Shown piece after piece: positions 24,815 to 35,142 of a stretch of 64,000 bases of DNA. Each line of letters opens with the position of its first letter. Position 1 is the stretch's first letter. A program made the translations under genes and the position numbers. The notes under the pieces were generated by a model. That model did no database searches. It was not told the origin of the DNA and saw only the letters and a program-made list of their open reading frames with translations. Where the stretch lies: positions 11,863-75,862 of the forward strand of contig QPMI01000235.1 in NCBI GenBank assembly GCA_004431415.1, in the 5' to 3' direction. Source of the DNA: Cyanophora paradoxa CCMP329. Taxonomy: Eukaryota; Plantae; Glaucophyta.

Positions 24815-26159
24815 GGTTCGACGCTGACCGGACCTGCGGCGCGCGCGCACATTATATTCAGCACGCCCGACGCCCCGGGCCCTCCGCGTGATCATGAGCT
24901 CAAGGCACCGCGGCGGGGCCGCGCTCTCTTAGTCGCCGCCGCACCGTAAGTCCAACTGCTTCGGTTCGCTTTTGTGTTCTTAAGCTTTACCGTACGCGCA
25001 GTACGCAGCGACAAGGTCGACGTCAAGGCCTAGCTGTACATGTACCGGTCAGGACTGGATGCGGCGACCCCGGTCATAATGATCACGCACGTGCACCGCG
25101 CCTGTGCACGTGTGCGCGTGTCGCGCTCGCATCGCGATCGGCTCTACTGACCGCGGTCGGTCATGCAGATCAGCAGCTGTCAAATTGTTTCGCCCAGTCG
25201 TCACGCGTCATTTTTTTGTCACACGAGGTGTACATAAAAACTTCAAACCGGTTCGGAGAGCAAAACAATTAAAGCAAGCTGGAGAAATCAGGGGTCGAGC
25301 ACTATCTAGAGCTATATAGCTATAGGTTTAAAGAGGCTAATAAGCCGCCCGGTTTAGCGAAAGATGAAACAGTTCGGAGAGCTGTCATGATCAGAACAGT
25401 GCGAGCTGGCAACCCCGGCCCGGGATCCGCAGCGCTAGCTATAGCCGACGCTTGCTCGTGGCTCGAGCGAGCCTCGGAGGACTGCGGGGCGCTCACCGAG
25501 CATGCGCAGATCAAAAGCATCATGGCAGGCGCATCCTCTGCTGCGCTACAGCAGATCTAGAGCGCGGCCCCCGTCCGCGCGGCCGCCCCGAGCCTGGCGC
25601 CAGCCGCTCGGCCGGCGCCGAACGCGGTCGGATCCGGAGGCCGCCGGCCGCGGTACCGCCGAAGGCAAGCGAGGCCGACCTCAACAAATTCGTACTTCGT
25701 ATACGGAGGTAGCGCCTGGCATGCCATGCATATGATGGTTCGACCGAACATGGATCGGATCGATGCTCTCCGAATTCGAACCCGCTCATGATCAGCAAGC
25801 GCGCAGCTGCGTAAACGTAGCTGCTTCGAATTCGCCTTAATTCGCGGTCTTTAATTCAGATTTGATTAGATATTGATCGATCGCGACCGTCATGATCAGC
25901 CGGTCGACGTCATTATGATCAGCACGCGGGTCATGATCATGATCAACGTTTAACCATACTATGATATGCATGTGGATGATCCCACTAGCCCTTTCGTCAG
26001 CTGCGCATGCAGCATTGCGACCCGAGCCTGCAGTTGCACGTGACTCGCAAGTTAAGAGACGTCGACGCAACGTTAACCGATGAGCCGACGGTATTCGTCA
26101 GCTGCAATCGACGTCATTTCTATTTTTTTGTCATATTTTTTGTCATACGAATTCGAATT

Positions 26160-26282
26160 CGAGGCACAATCGCAAGTTCGAATTAGGCACAATCGCAAGT
26201 TCGAATTAAATATTCCGAAAATTAAATATTTAGGCACAATCCGGAAATTAAATATTTAGGCACAATCGCAAGTTCGAATTCG
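26160..26282. repeat. Short AT-rich tandem repeat (AGGCACAATCGCAAGTTCGAATT and AAATTAAATATT units)
   Basis: Three full copies and one partial copy of the 23-bp unit. Confidence 0.85.
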
Positions 26283-26715
26283 AATCTCGTTAACGTTTTG
26301 TTTCATTCGAGTTTTCTTCGACGAGTTGAATTCTACTTATACTTCCCGATCATCGGGTAGTTATAAAGGGCCACTGACTTGCCGCGCGCGTCAGTTGGGT
26401 CCGGGGAAGGGCATTTAACCTCGGCGAATCCAATTGCAAGATCTAGATGCAGAGGGCAGCTGCAGGGACTTAAGTTAGCGCTTAAGCTTAAGAAGGCGCG
26501 CGCGCGGTGCACGTGGCCGGGCGCCGGCGAGCCGCCGGGCCGGCTCCGGCCGAGGCTGGCCACGCCAGGCGAGCTCAGCGGCTGTCCTCGCGATCGAGGC
26601 GAGCTGGCCTAGCGAGCTAGCTATAGCTCTGTAAGGCGCGGGCCTTGGGAAGAGGGAGGGAACCTTGTCTGGCCATGCATATGGACGTGCTCGAGCTCCT
26701 GCCAGGCTGCGCATG

Positions 26716-27212
26716 TGTTGTATACGCATGGACCTCACGACCGGGCAATTCCGCTTCGCTCCATTGCCCCCGATTCCATGCGTTTCCAGTGTATACCTCC
26801 ACCCCATCTTCAGTTAATTCACCTTGTACGTCTACGAGCCCCTAATTCCCAGGTCTACCAGACTCGGGCCGGAGTCTTAACAAAGAAATATCTAACGACT
26901 ATTCAGGACAGAGCTGACAACTAGAATAGGCGAAGAGGAGCGCTGCCCCCCATGCGCGCGGTCTGTAGAGCAACGTAGCAGAATAGGCTAGGCGATATTA
27001 ATGTGTGCATTGAGCTAACTGAGGAAACGCGTTCAGCATTAACTATAGGCGTGAGGGCGAGTACAGAGAAGCTAAACGAGGAAAGAGCGTTAAGGTAAAG
27101 CTAGACGAAATAAATGTGTGCATCGAGCTAGCTGAGGAAACGCGTTCAGCAAAATCTATAGGCGTGACTTCAGTAAGAAACGGGCCCCTTTTAGCGGTCT
27201 GGTGCGGCCTCT
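26716..27212 (+). repeat. Left terminal inverted repeat (497 bp)
   Basis: Starts TGTTGTATACGCATGG; reverse complement of 47849-48345 with no mismatch seen by eye. Confidence 0.97.
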
Positions 27213-27218
27213 ATCCAC

Positions 27219-27554
27219 TTAATCTGGCTGTTTTTCCGAGACTGTAGTCTTCTCCTTTCTGAAACTTGATAGCAAGGACTTTTTTCTTTTCAGTGGCTTC
27301 GGGATATTTGGTGGTGGCCAAGACAATCTTCGGCCTTCAGCATCAAGCCAAGGTACAGGTGAATCAGATCGTGTAAAAGGAGAATTGGACCTAGAAGTCC
27401 CGGGTGTGTTGATAGGCGTCACATGAGTTTCTGGGGTGCGAGAGCCTTCTGTGTCCGATATTTCGAGGTTAATGGTCGTCTCACAGCAACTACAATTCAA
27501 TTTGCTGGTGACGTTGAGATGGAACATATCCATGAATTTTCGAAGCAAATCCAT
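27219..27554 (-). CDS. Viral hypothetical protein (111 aa, basic C-terminus)
   Basis: ATG-started ORF abutting the left TIR, with a KPLKRKK NLS-like stretch. Confidence 0.6.
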   Translation of the reverse strand: MDLLRKFMDMFHLNVTSKLNCSCCETTINLEISDTEGSRTPETHVTPINTPGTSRSNSPFTRSDSPVPWLDAEGRRLSWPPPNIPKPLKRKKSLLSSFRKEKTTVSEKQPD

Positions 27555-27592
27555 CTATTATTGGAAAAATATAAAAAAACAAAGGAATGCAG

Positions 27593-28417
27593 CTATGGAG
27601 CCGTATCGCTGCCGAATATAGGAAAATACCTGTTTGTACCAACATATTCTGCATATGTATTCTGTCTTGCAATAGCATCGGTTCGTTCAGCATAGAGAAT
27701 GCACTTGTAGATACCAAACCTGGTGGCTCTCACCAAGAACTGGTAGTCTTCAAGACCGAAATTTACACCATGGTAAGCAATGCCGAAATTATCATATGGA
27801 GTAATCACAACTGTAATATTTGGAGTTCCACCCTCTACTTGACAGACAGCATAAACGTCTGGAGGGATATCAACAACCACCTTGTAGTGGTCACCAATTT
27901 CAACCAGAGAATCAACTACTGATGTCTGCTCATTAACAACGATTGGAAAGATCTTGATAATATATGGTGCATTCATACTGGGCACGTACGTCCGAATCCG
28001 CGTCAGATTATCAATCGGGTTTGGCTGGTCGTTCACGAAGAGAGGAGCTCCGATCGTTCCCCCAACTCGAAGACCATCACCAATATATGCGCCGCCATTT
28101 CGACAGTTAATAGCTCCCGAACGAGATTCGAAAGAATAAGTCGAAATAGGGGAGCTGTAGGTGTCTGGATCGCCATAATTTGCGCTAAAATTTGCATTTG
28201 TGACAAGAAGCTTCGTTGTCTTAACTATACCATTGTTTTTATCACATCTGAGTTCCTGCAATCTCAGTTTATGGGTTGAACCAAATGTATTCATTGTAGG
28301 TTGAACCTCTGTTGATTCAAGACCTTCCACATCATCAAAAGTAGCATGTTGTAGAACGTGATTTGCAGGAGAAGCAAGCGAAAGCTGAGCTGTTAGGATG
28401 CGTTCAATTTCAGCCAT
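27593..28417 (-). CDS. Viral protein, paralog A (274 aa; possible fibre/virion accessory)
   Basis: Shares GLESTE...ELRxDKNxGxVKTTxLLVTNANF...GGAxIGxGxRVxG with 28441..29295. Confidence 0.8.
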   Translation of the reverse strand: MAEIERILTAQLSLASPANHVLQHATFDDVEGLESTEVQPTMNTFGSTHKLRLQELRCDKNNGIVKTTKLLVTNANFSANYGDPDTYSSPISTYSFESRSGAINCRNGGAYIGDGLRVGGTIGAPLFVNDQPNPIDNLTRIRTYVPSMNAPYIIKIFPIVVNEQTSVVDSLVEIGDHYKVVVDIPPDVYAVCQVEGGTPNITVVITPYDNFGIAYHGVNFGLEDYQFLVRATRFGIYKCILYAERTDAIARQNTYAEYVGTNRYFPIFGSDTAP

Positions 28418-28440
28418 TTTACAATAAAGTGATATATATT

Positions 28441-29295
28441 TTACGGAGTAGGATCATCGATCACATCTGGTTCTTGGTAAAATCCTGTTGTGAAGATATC
28501 TGCAACATTTACCCCACGAAGTGCTGAAACAGCTGCTATATCTGTTCTCAGTCCCATAATCATAGTATTGTAAACTCCAACCTCAGTGACAAACAAATCA
28601 TAAGTAAATGTCAAATTGTTATATACACAATATCCCCGACCGAAATGATTTGATGCTTGAACAAAGAATAGGTAATTGTGACCAAGTTGGTTATTATTTG
28701 CTCTGCACATTGAAAGCATTGCTGTGGGAAGAGGAATATTTCTTCTCACACGATCAGTTCCTGTAATGGAAACCAATTCTGAATTTTCAAGACTGACAGA
28801 TGATGCAACATAGAAATGCAGAAAAGGTTGCTGTGCAACTGGGGTATAGAACCGAATTCGTTGTGGGTTCTCCACATTTTGTTCAAGAGAATCTGGGACA
28901 TCATTGTATGCTATCGAAGAAGAGAGTTGACCGGATACACGACATCCACCGCCAATAAAAGCACCGCCTGAACGAATTGTAGCAGCAGCAGTGTTTTTAT
29001 CAAAATCAAGAGCTTTCAGATCAACACTGTAGGCATCAGGACCTCCATTAGTAGGCTGGAAGAAGTTAGCATTTGTGACAAGCAGTCGAGTGGTTTTAAC
29101 TACGCCTGAGTTCTTGTCTGCTCGAAGTTCTTTTACACGAATAATCGAATTCTTATCGAAAGCATTCCCGTTAGAATTAGGTCGTTCAGTGGATTCCAGA
29201 CCGCGAACCTCATCATTTACTTCATGTTGACGAAAATGCATTGCAGGTGATCCAAGGGAATAGATAGGTAGCTGAATCCGATTATATTCGCCCAT
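28441..29295 (-). CDS. Viral protein, paralog B (284 aa)
   Basis: Tandem paralog of 27593..28417. Confidence 0.8.
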   Translation of the reverse strand: MGEYNRIQLPIYSLGSPAMHFRQHEVNDEVRGLESTERPNSNGNAFDKNSIIRVKELRADKNSGVVKTTRLLVTNANFFQPTNGGPDAYSVDLKALDFDKNTAAATIRSGGAFIGGGCRVSGQLSSSIAYNDVPDSLEQNVENPQRIRFYTPVAQQPFLHFYVASSVSLENSELVSITGTDRVRRNIPLPTAMLSMCRANNNQLGHNYLFFVQASNHFGRGYCVYNNLTFTYDLFVTEVGVYNTMIMGLRTDIAAVSALRGVNVADIFTTGFYQEPDVIDDPTP

Positions 29296-29335
29296 TGCTT
29301 ATTTTACTAAGAAGGAAAGAAAAATAAAACTACCA

Positions 29336-29641
29336 TCAAGGCAAAGTGATTAGATTCGAACCAAGGGATTGGTAAGCAGCTGAAAGAGATTGTATGTTGG
29401 CGGTCATAGTTTTAATGTTGTTATCACACTCAATGTATTTAGCAACAGGATCACCATAAGCCGATTGCGCAAGGACATTAACCAAGAGGTTTTTATATTC
29501 ATGAACAACTGGGGACAGTTTGTTCGTTTGCTGAATTGTTTTTTCGACAGTTTGTAGTGCGGCTACAAGTTTAATAGTATCAAAAGCAAGAGCAACAGGC
29601 TCAGAAGTAGTAGAAGATCCACCAAGCGGATAGGTCGCCAT
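29336..29641 (-). CDS. Viral hypothetical helical protein (101 aa)
   Basis: ATG lies 3 nt after the fibre stop codon, co-oriented. Confidence 0.7.
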   Translation of the reverse strand: MATYPLGGSSTTSEPVALAFDTIKLVAALQTVEKTIQQTNKLSPVVHEYKNLLVNVLAQSAYGDPVAKYIECDNNIKTMTANIQSLSAAYQSLGSNLITLP

Positions 29642-29644
29642 TTA

Positions 29645-32600
29645 TTATACAGCGACATTTTTAATTTGATCTATTTGATCTTGTAGACCTTTGCATTTCT
29701 TAGATAATTCTTTAACGGCTTCTATGAGAACCGGAATTAAACCTGTGTATGCAAGGGTTAAATAATTTTCGTGATTTTTACCTACTACTTCTGGTATGAC
29801 TTTTTCGACATCTTGCGCAATCAAACCTAAGTTAACTTTCTGTTTTTCATCACCAATCTTTTTATAACTCACACCCTGTAATTTTTCGATTGCTGAAAGC
29901 GCACCGGTTATATTTTTAATGTCGGTTTTGTATCTTCTATCGCTTCCTTGTGTAAGCCATCCCCAAAAGTAAACGTCACCATCACTATAAAAAGCTTGCA
30001 TTGTTATATCATTTCCTCCTCTAAAATTGATGATATCGTAACCATAACCTTTAATGTATGTAGTCGATGATGAACCGAAATAAACTCTCCCGTTACCTTC
30101 ATCTGATGTTATCCAAGTTCCGGTAGCCCATGTGGTGCGAGCATCTTTACTAAAAACGTTATCCCAACTTATAAACCCATTTGCTGGTGCTGTTCTCCCT
30201 TTTTCTTTCGTCCAACCGATATAGCCTATGTGACATCTCCCTTTTCTTGCAACAAATCGTACATGGGAGAATGTATCACAATGGAAAGAAGTCCATGTTA
30301 AGCCATCATGCCAATCTGAATCGTTATTATTTGAAACGGCTTGGTAACAATTTACCCTCATAATGTGATGCCACCTCCCATTTCGATAGCCTCCAATATC
30401 GAAATATCTGCAATTTGTCCAACACAGGTATTGAACATGACATGTTTTCATATTTGCTGGGACTTCAATCTGTGCATAATCTGAACTTGTTTGATCATCA
30501 TAAATATTGCTATAAAATCCATCAATTGGATTAGTGTAAGAAGGAACCCAACCTCCTGTCCAAGATCCCACATACTGAAGACTATAACTACCATGTCCAC
30601 TCCAAGTATCAAAACCTGTAATGTTTCCAATCGAATTGGTGACATCTGTTAATGATAGATAGGATGTAGGTATATTTGGCTTGCTATACACATTATTCCA
30701 ATGAATATAACCAGTGTGACCACCATAGCTATGCCCAACCCATATTTTCATGAAACTAATACCCATAATGTGAACCCTTCCAATTCTTGCTTGAATTCGA
30801 ATCCTTACAAATCGGTTTCCTAGGAAGATGGGGACATTATTCACACCACTATGATTATCATTTGCAGACCCTGAATAAGGGTGATAATTGTTGACAGTTG
30901 TTATGAAAATCGCATTGCCTTGTCGATTAATTCCCCAAATCTCGAAAATTCGTGTGTTGCCCCATGGTAAATGAGTTAAAAATGCTGTTCCTGTGTGTAA
31001 TCCATCGGGTATATTGTATTCTATCCAAGCGGAAGAAGTTTGGTCATCAACTTCATTATTAAATGCATACCCACCATAATTATAATATGGATCCCATGAT
31101 GAACCATAACCGAAATTCCAACCTCCAGAATAATTATATGGAGAACTGCCTGCAACATATCCATCATTTGAGTGAAGCTTAGGAACAGCATTACCATTTA
31201 TTTGAAGATTCGTAGTAGCATTAATGGTAGATGCTGTGAGGGTATTATTGACCCAAAGGTTACCATTGTCATAAGACTTTAAAATTGCTCCATCTGCTGA
31301 GTTTCTAAATTCAATTGAGACACCATCACCATTTGGTCTCCCTCGTATATATGTGCAATCGCCATTACCAAACCAAACTCGCTCAACTGCATCTGTTGAT
31401 TTTAACCATGTATTTGTAGCCCATGTTGCGGTTTGTGGAAGGTCTGCGGCTGTTATTAAAGCGGGACGACTGTAAATATTATCCCAAGAAATCATGCCCA
31501 ACTCATTATCGGTTGCTCTCTGTCTACTCCAACCAAAAACCCCCGTAAGATAAATGCGACCTTTTCGCCCTTGAATATATATTTTTGTGTAAAATTCGCA
31601 GTTGATGGAGACAAACAAAACAGTATTATGGGTTCCATCTTGATATACCGCCTGGATTCCTTGATAAGCATTCACACGTTTTAAGAAATGTTGATATCCA
31701 TTAGGTGTTTGCCCATAGATATCATAATATCTGCAATTACCCCAAGGCATATGCTGAATATAAAACGATTTCATACCTGTGGGGACGTTCCACCTCATAA
31801 AGCAAGCACTACAATCAGCGTCATTTTCTGGTGTTGTATAAATTCCGCTTTGTCCTGTCCTTGCTATCCATCCTGTATTCCAATTTCCACTGCTTCTATC
31901 TGTCGAAATAACATCTAATTGGTCAAAATCGTAACCTTTCGGTATTGTCGTCCCACCAATTTGTAAAGTGGTAGCATTTACAGTTCCTGTAACAGTCCCA
32001 CCTGTGAGAGGTAAGTAATTAGCAAGTGCCGCCGCTAATTCTGCATCGGTTGCATAACTGCTTAAATCTGCGGTCGTGAGATATCCTTTATAGGTTAGGT
32101 AATCATCTGTAACAACTCCTGAAAGGGTTGTATTGTGTAAGTTTTTCGCCGCCATTCTCTGATTGACTTCTAAGGCACCACCTGATGTCGTTTTAATCCA
32201 CGCCATCTCACATTTTCCGTGATCATCTGTGGGTTGTCCCGCAACGGGAAGATAGTTAACAACTTTCTCCCTTGTGAATACTATTTTAGGTCTTGCTCCA
32301 TCATATGCGCTTTGATCTGTTACATTAATTTGAATAGCTGCTGAAAAATCCGCTACTTGTCCTGTTTCCCCTGGGTGATAATTCGTAACATAAATACTGG
32401 GGAAAGTATCGTTTACTCCTACGTTGAAATCACCACTATACACTCCATTTACGATTGGATCCCTGGGTAATCTTACAGCAAGAGTTCCCACCATCGGTGT
32501 GCCTTCTTGACCTGTAAACGATCCATTGAGACTAACGTAATGATCATTCAAATATAACCTGTCAGGTGTATTAATCGATTGGTAAAGTGTGACTCCATTA

Positions 32601-35119
32601 AAAACATTTCCGATTGCATTCAATTGTGCGAAAACTGGCTGTTCGTCTATTTGACCCCAAACGTGCCTGTGTGTCGATGGTGTAAATGTCAGAGGGACGT
32701 TATCAATTTCTCCCCAATCGTGCCTATGGGCGCTGGGTGGAAACGTTAAAGGCACATTATCGAGATCGCCCCAATCGTGATGATGTAATGCTGGTGGAAA
32801 CGTGAGAGGCACGTTATCGAGATCTAACCAACTGTGCCTATGGGCGCTGGGTGGAAATACGAGAGGGGTGTTATCGATATCTAACCAATTGTGCCTGTGA
32901 GCATCAGGTGGAAACGTTAGAGGGACGTTATCGAGATCTACCCAATCGTGCCTATGGGCGCTGGGTGGAAATGTTAAAGGCACGTTATCGAGATCACCCC
33001 AATCGTGCCGATGGTCTCCCGGAGGGAAATTTTCGGGTGGATTTGGGATATTTTCCCATCTAAAATAATCTTCTGTTACGACTCTTGAAATATCTTCATT
33101 GTGTATATTTTTGGCGCTTGCTCTTTGATTGATTTCTAATAAACCTTCACCAACTCCACCATTATAGTTCGTTTTAATCCATGCGACCTCGCATTGTTTA
33201 TAGTCATCTCGGTTCCCCAAAAGTGCATCTGGTAACAATCTCTCTCTGCTGAATATTAATTTGGGTCTTGACGAATCTAAATCACTCACATCAGTAACAT
33301 TAATTTGGATTGCTGCGTTTTTATCATCATAGTTTGCCGGATCAGAAGGTAAAGATATTAAACCTCCTGTCATTGGAACGTCATTGGCGTAGTAATTGGT
33401 TAAGTATATTCCTGGTTTAGTGTCTTTAATTTCTATGCCACCACCAAGTGGTAATATAACATTTCTTGTAGGAGGTCTAATATAAAGTTCACCCTCCATA
33501 GTGGTGCCTGCATCTATTCCCTGACGATTCACATAATAATCGTTTAATTGTAATCTTTCTGGTGTGTCTATATTCTGGTAAAGACTCACACCATTGTTAA
33601 TATCTCCTAATAATACATTTCCTGTTGATGCAAAAGTAGGCTGTAAATCGATTTCGTCCCAATTATGCCTATGGTCTTCCGGCGGAAACTCTTCTGGTAT
33701 CCCATCAATATCGCCCCAATCGTGCCTGTGATCTTCAGGTGGATATTTCTCAGGTTTACCTAAGATCTCATCCCAGTCATGGTTGTGATCCTCTGGTGGA
33801 TATCTTGCTGGTTTATTGTTAATCTGCTCCCAATCTGGAAAGAACTCCCAAATCTCTGGGCGAAAACCATCTGGAAGTAGTTCCTCATGAGGTTCAAAAG
33901 GTTGCTCATAATCAACAACTGGTGGTTCGAGACCATCTGCTAAGTATTCCTCATGAGGTTCATAATTCTGTTCATACTCATACTCCTGTGGATCTAAACC
34001 ATCAGGTAAATACTCTTCCTCATTGGGGTCGTATTGATCATATTCATACTCTTGCGGGTCGAAACCATCAGGTAGATATTCTTCCTCATCTGGGACAAAT
34101 TGGTATTCTTCAAGCTCTAATATATCGATTTCAGGAGGTAAATACTGTTCATCTATCTGCTTTTTCGGTTCGAATATAGGTTTATTGCGAACTTGCTCCC
34201 AACTAACAATATGTTGACCGAAAGGAACTGTCTCGTCAGCAACTCGCTCTCGACCTGGTCCATCCGGGGTTGGAGGCTTCGGTAGCCCTGGAAGAGGTGG
34301 TATAGGTGGTATAGGGACAATAGGTCCGAAGTAGTAGTTGAAAATGTTTATTATCTCCGGTTCAGTGATGACCTTTTTTCCATCTTGGTAAATCGACGTG
34401 CCGTGAATATTTCGCCACTGCCTGGTGCGGAGCCCAAGATCGTAGCTGTCATGCAACGCCGGGAGCAGGTGCCTATCAGCCTCAATCAGGATTGAGCCAA
34501 AGGTGCATCCAGGAATATCTAACCTGGTGGCTGGCTCGGTATCGATTTGATTTACATCAAAACCGTATAAAATATTTGCTTCTCGTGCAGCTGTAAAAAG
34601 TAAATCCCAGGGAAACGGCTGGATTTGTGATGCTAGCACTGATATTCCTGCAGGCGCAGCGTCGCTGCTTGTCTGCGACTCTTCGCCAAGGAGAATTCGC
34701 CCTGTAATGTGAGCCGCAGTTTTGTTTGTGACAGCATTGGATTCATCAATTAGACGTAGAGCTGATATGTGAATCCCTCGATCGTTTTGAAGTCTAAATA
34801 TTAATCTACCAGAATCATACTTCGAAACTGTGCCTGAGGAGGCAATGCGCAGGTGCCGCGGCAACGCCCTGGATCCGATTATTTCAGCAACATAATTCTC
34901 AGCTGGACCCAGACAAAATCTCTGTGCAATATCCGGGGCGCCAACATGTGAGTTGCGCAGAATTAATGCAGCTGGTCGATTAAACTCGGTCCTGTGGATG
35001 TCACGATCAGCATTGTAGTCAGCCAAGATGCTTCCGAAAACGCGAATATTTATATGTCGATCATCCACGAGATCTGGAGCTTTACGAAGTGGCACTGGCT
35101 TCTTCAAGATGTAGGACAT
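29645..35119 (-). CDS. Large fibre/receptor-binding protein (1824 aa) with C-terminal peptidase S74-type intramolecular chaperone
   Basis: C-terminal SDRRYKTDI...GLIAQDVEKVIPEVV...YTGLIPVLIEAVKEL plus coiled coil; HxHxWxxI/L phage-fibre-type 19-aa repeats. Confidence 0.88.
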   Translation of the reverse strand: MSYILKKPVPLRKAPDLVDDRHINIRVFGSILADYNADRDIHRTEFNRPAALILRNSHVGAPDIAQRFCLGPAENYVAEIIGSRALPRHLRIASSGTVSKYDSGRLIFRLQNDRGIHISALRLIDESNAVTNKTAAHITGRILLGEESQTSSDAAPAGISVLASQIQPFPWDLLFTAAREANILYGFDVNQIDTEPATRLDIPGCTFGSILIEADRHLLPALHDSYDLGLRTRQWRNIHGTSIYQDGKKVITEPEIINIFNYYFGPIVPIPPIPPLPGLPKPPTPDGPGRERVADETVPFGQHIVSWEQVRNKPIFEPKKQIDEQYLPPEIDILELEEYQFVPDEEEYLPDGFDPQEYEYDQYDPNEEEYLPDGLDPQEYEYEQNYEPHEEYLADGLEPPVVDYEQPFEPHEELLPDGFRPEIWEFFPDWEQINNKPARYPPEDHNHDWDEILGKPEKYPPEDHRHDWGDIDGIPEEFPPEDHRHNWDEIDLQPTFASTGNVLLGDINNGVSLYQNIDTPERLQLNDYYVNRQGIDAGTTMEGELYIRPPTRNVILPLGGGIEIKDTKPGIYLTNYYANDVPMTGGLISLPSDPANYDDKNAAIQINVTDVSDLDSSRPKLIFSRERLLPDALLGNRDDYKQCEVAWIKTNYNGGVGEGLLEINQRASAKNIHNEDISRVVTEDYFRWENIPNPPENFPPGDHRHDWGDLDNVPLTFPPSAHRHDWVDLDNVPLTFPPDAHRHNWLDIDNTPLVFPPSAHRHSWLDLDNVPLTFPPALHHHDWGDLDNVPLTFPPSAHRHDWGEIDNVPLTFTPSTHRHVWGQIDEQPVFAQLNAIGNVFNGVTLYQSINTPDRLYLNDHYVSLNGSFTGQEGTPMVGTLAVRLPRDPIVNGVYSGDFNVGVNDTFPSIYVTNYHPGETGQVADFSAAIQINVTDQSAYDGARPKIVFTREKVVNYLPVAGQPTDDHGKCEMAWIKTTSGGALEVNQRMAAKNLHNTTLSGVVTDDYLTYKGYLTTADLSSYATDAELAAALANYLPLTGGTVTGTVNATTLQIGGTTIPKGYDFDQLDVISTDRSSGNWNTGWIARTGQSGIYTTPENDADCSACFMRWNVPTGMKSFYIQHMPWGNCRYYDIYGQTPNGYQHFLKRVNAYQGIQAVYQDGTHNTVLFVSINCEFYTKIYIQGRKGRIYLTGVFGWSRQRATDNELGMISWDNIYSRPALITAADLPQTATWATNTWLKSTDAVERVWFGNGDCTYIRGRPNGDGVSIEFRNSADGAILKSYDNGNLWVNNTLTASTINATTNLQINGNAVPKLHSNDGYVAGSSPYNYSGGWNFGYGSSWDPYYNYGGYAFNNEVDDQTSSAWIEYNIPDGLHTGTAFLTHLPWGNTRIFEIWGINRQGNAIFITTVNNYHPYSGSANDNHSGVNNVPIFLGNRFVRIRIQARIGRVHIMGISFMKIWVGHSYGGHTGYIHWNNVYSKPNIPTSYLSLTDVTNSIGNITGFDTWSGHGSYSLQYVGSWTGGWVPSYTNPIDGFYSNIYDDQTSSDYAQIEVPANMKTCHVQYLCWTNCRYFDIGGYRNGRWHHIMRVNCYQAVSNNNDSDWHDGLTWTSFHCDTFSHVRFVARKGRCHIGYIGWTKEKGRTAPANGFISWDNVFSKDARTTWATGTWITSDEGNGRVYFGSSSTTYIKGYGYDIINFRGGNDITMQAFYSDGDVYFWGWLTQGSDRRYKTDIKNITGALSAIEKLQGVSYKKIGDEKQKVNLGLIAQDVEKVIPEVVGKNHENYLTLAYTGLIPVLIEAVKELSKKCKGLQDQIDQIKNVAV

Positions 35120-35142
35120 TTTTATATAAGCCCCTTTTAAAA

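Noticed and set aside
86-25800. Many long overlapping Arg/Pro/Gly/Ala-rich ORFs in the six-frame track
   Set aside because: Expected from stop-codon scarcity in very GC-rich DNA; the real genes are spliced and only partly coincide with these ORFs.
26711-26715. Alternative boundary with GTG...CAC ends and a 4-bp TSD (GCAT)
   Set aside because: Formally possible, but the 6-bp TSD with TG...CA ends fits rve integrase chemistry better.
26475-26924. Small ORFs duplicated at 26.5-26.9 kb and 48.1-48.5 kb
   Set aside because: They are translations of the TIRs, some running into host flanks, with no coding signal.
32640-33030. Diversity-generating retroelement or CRISPR-like repeats in the fibre gene
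   Set aside because: These are in-frame 57-bp coding repeats varying mainly at synonymous sites, and no reverse transcriptase is present.
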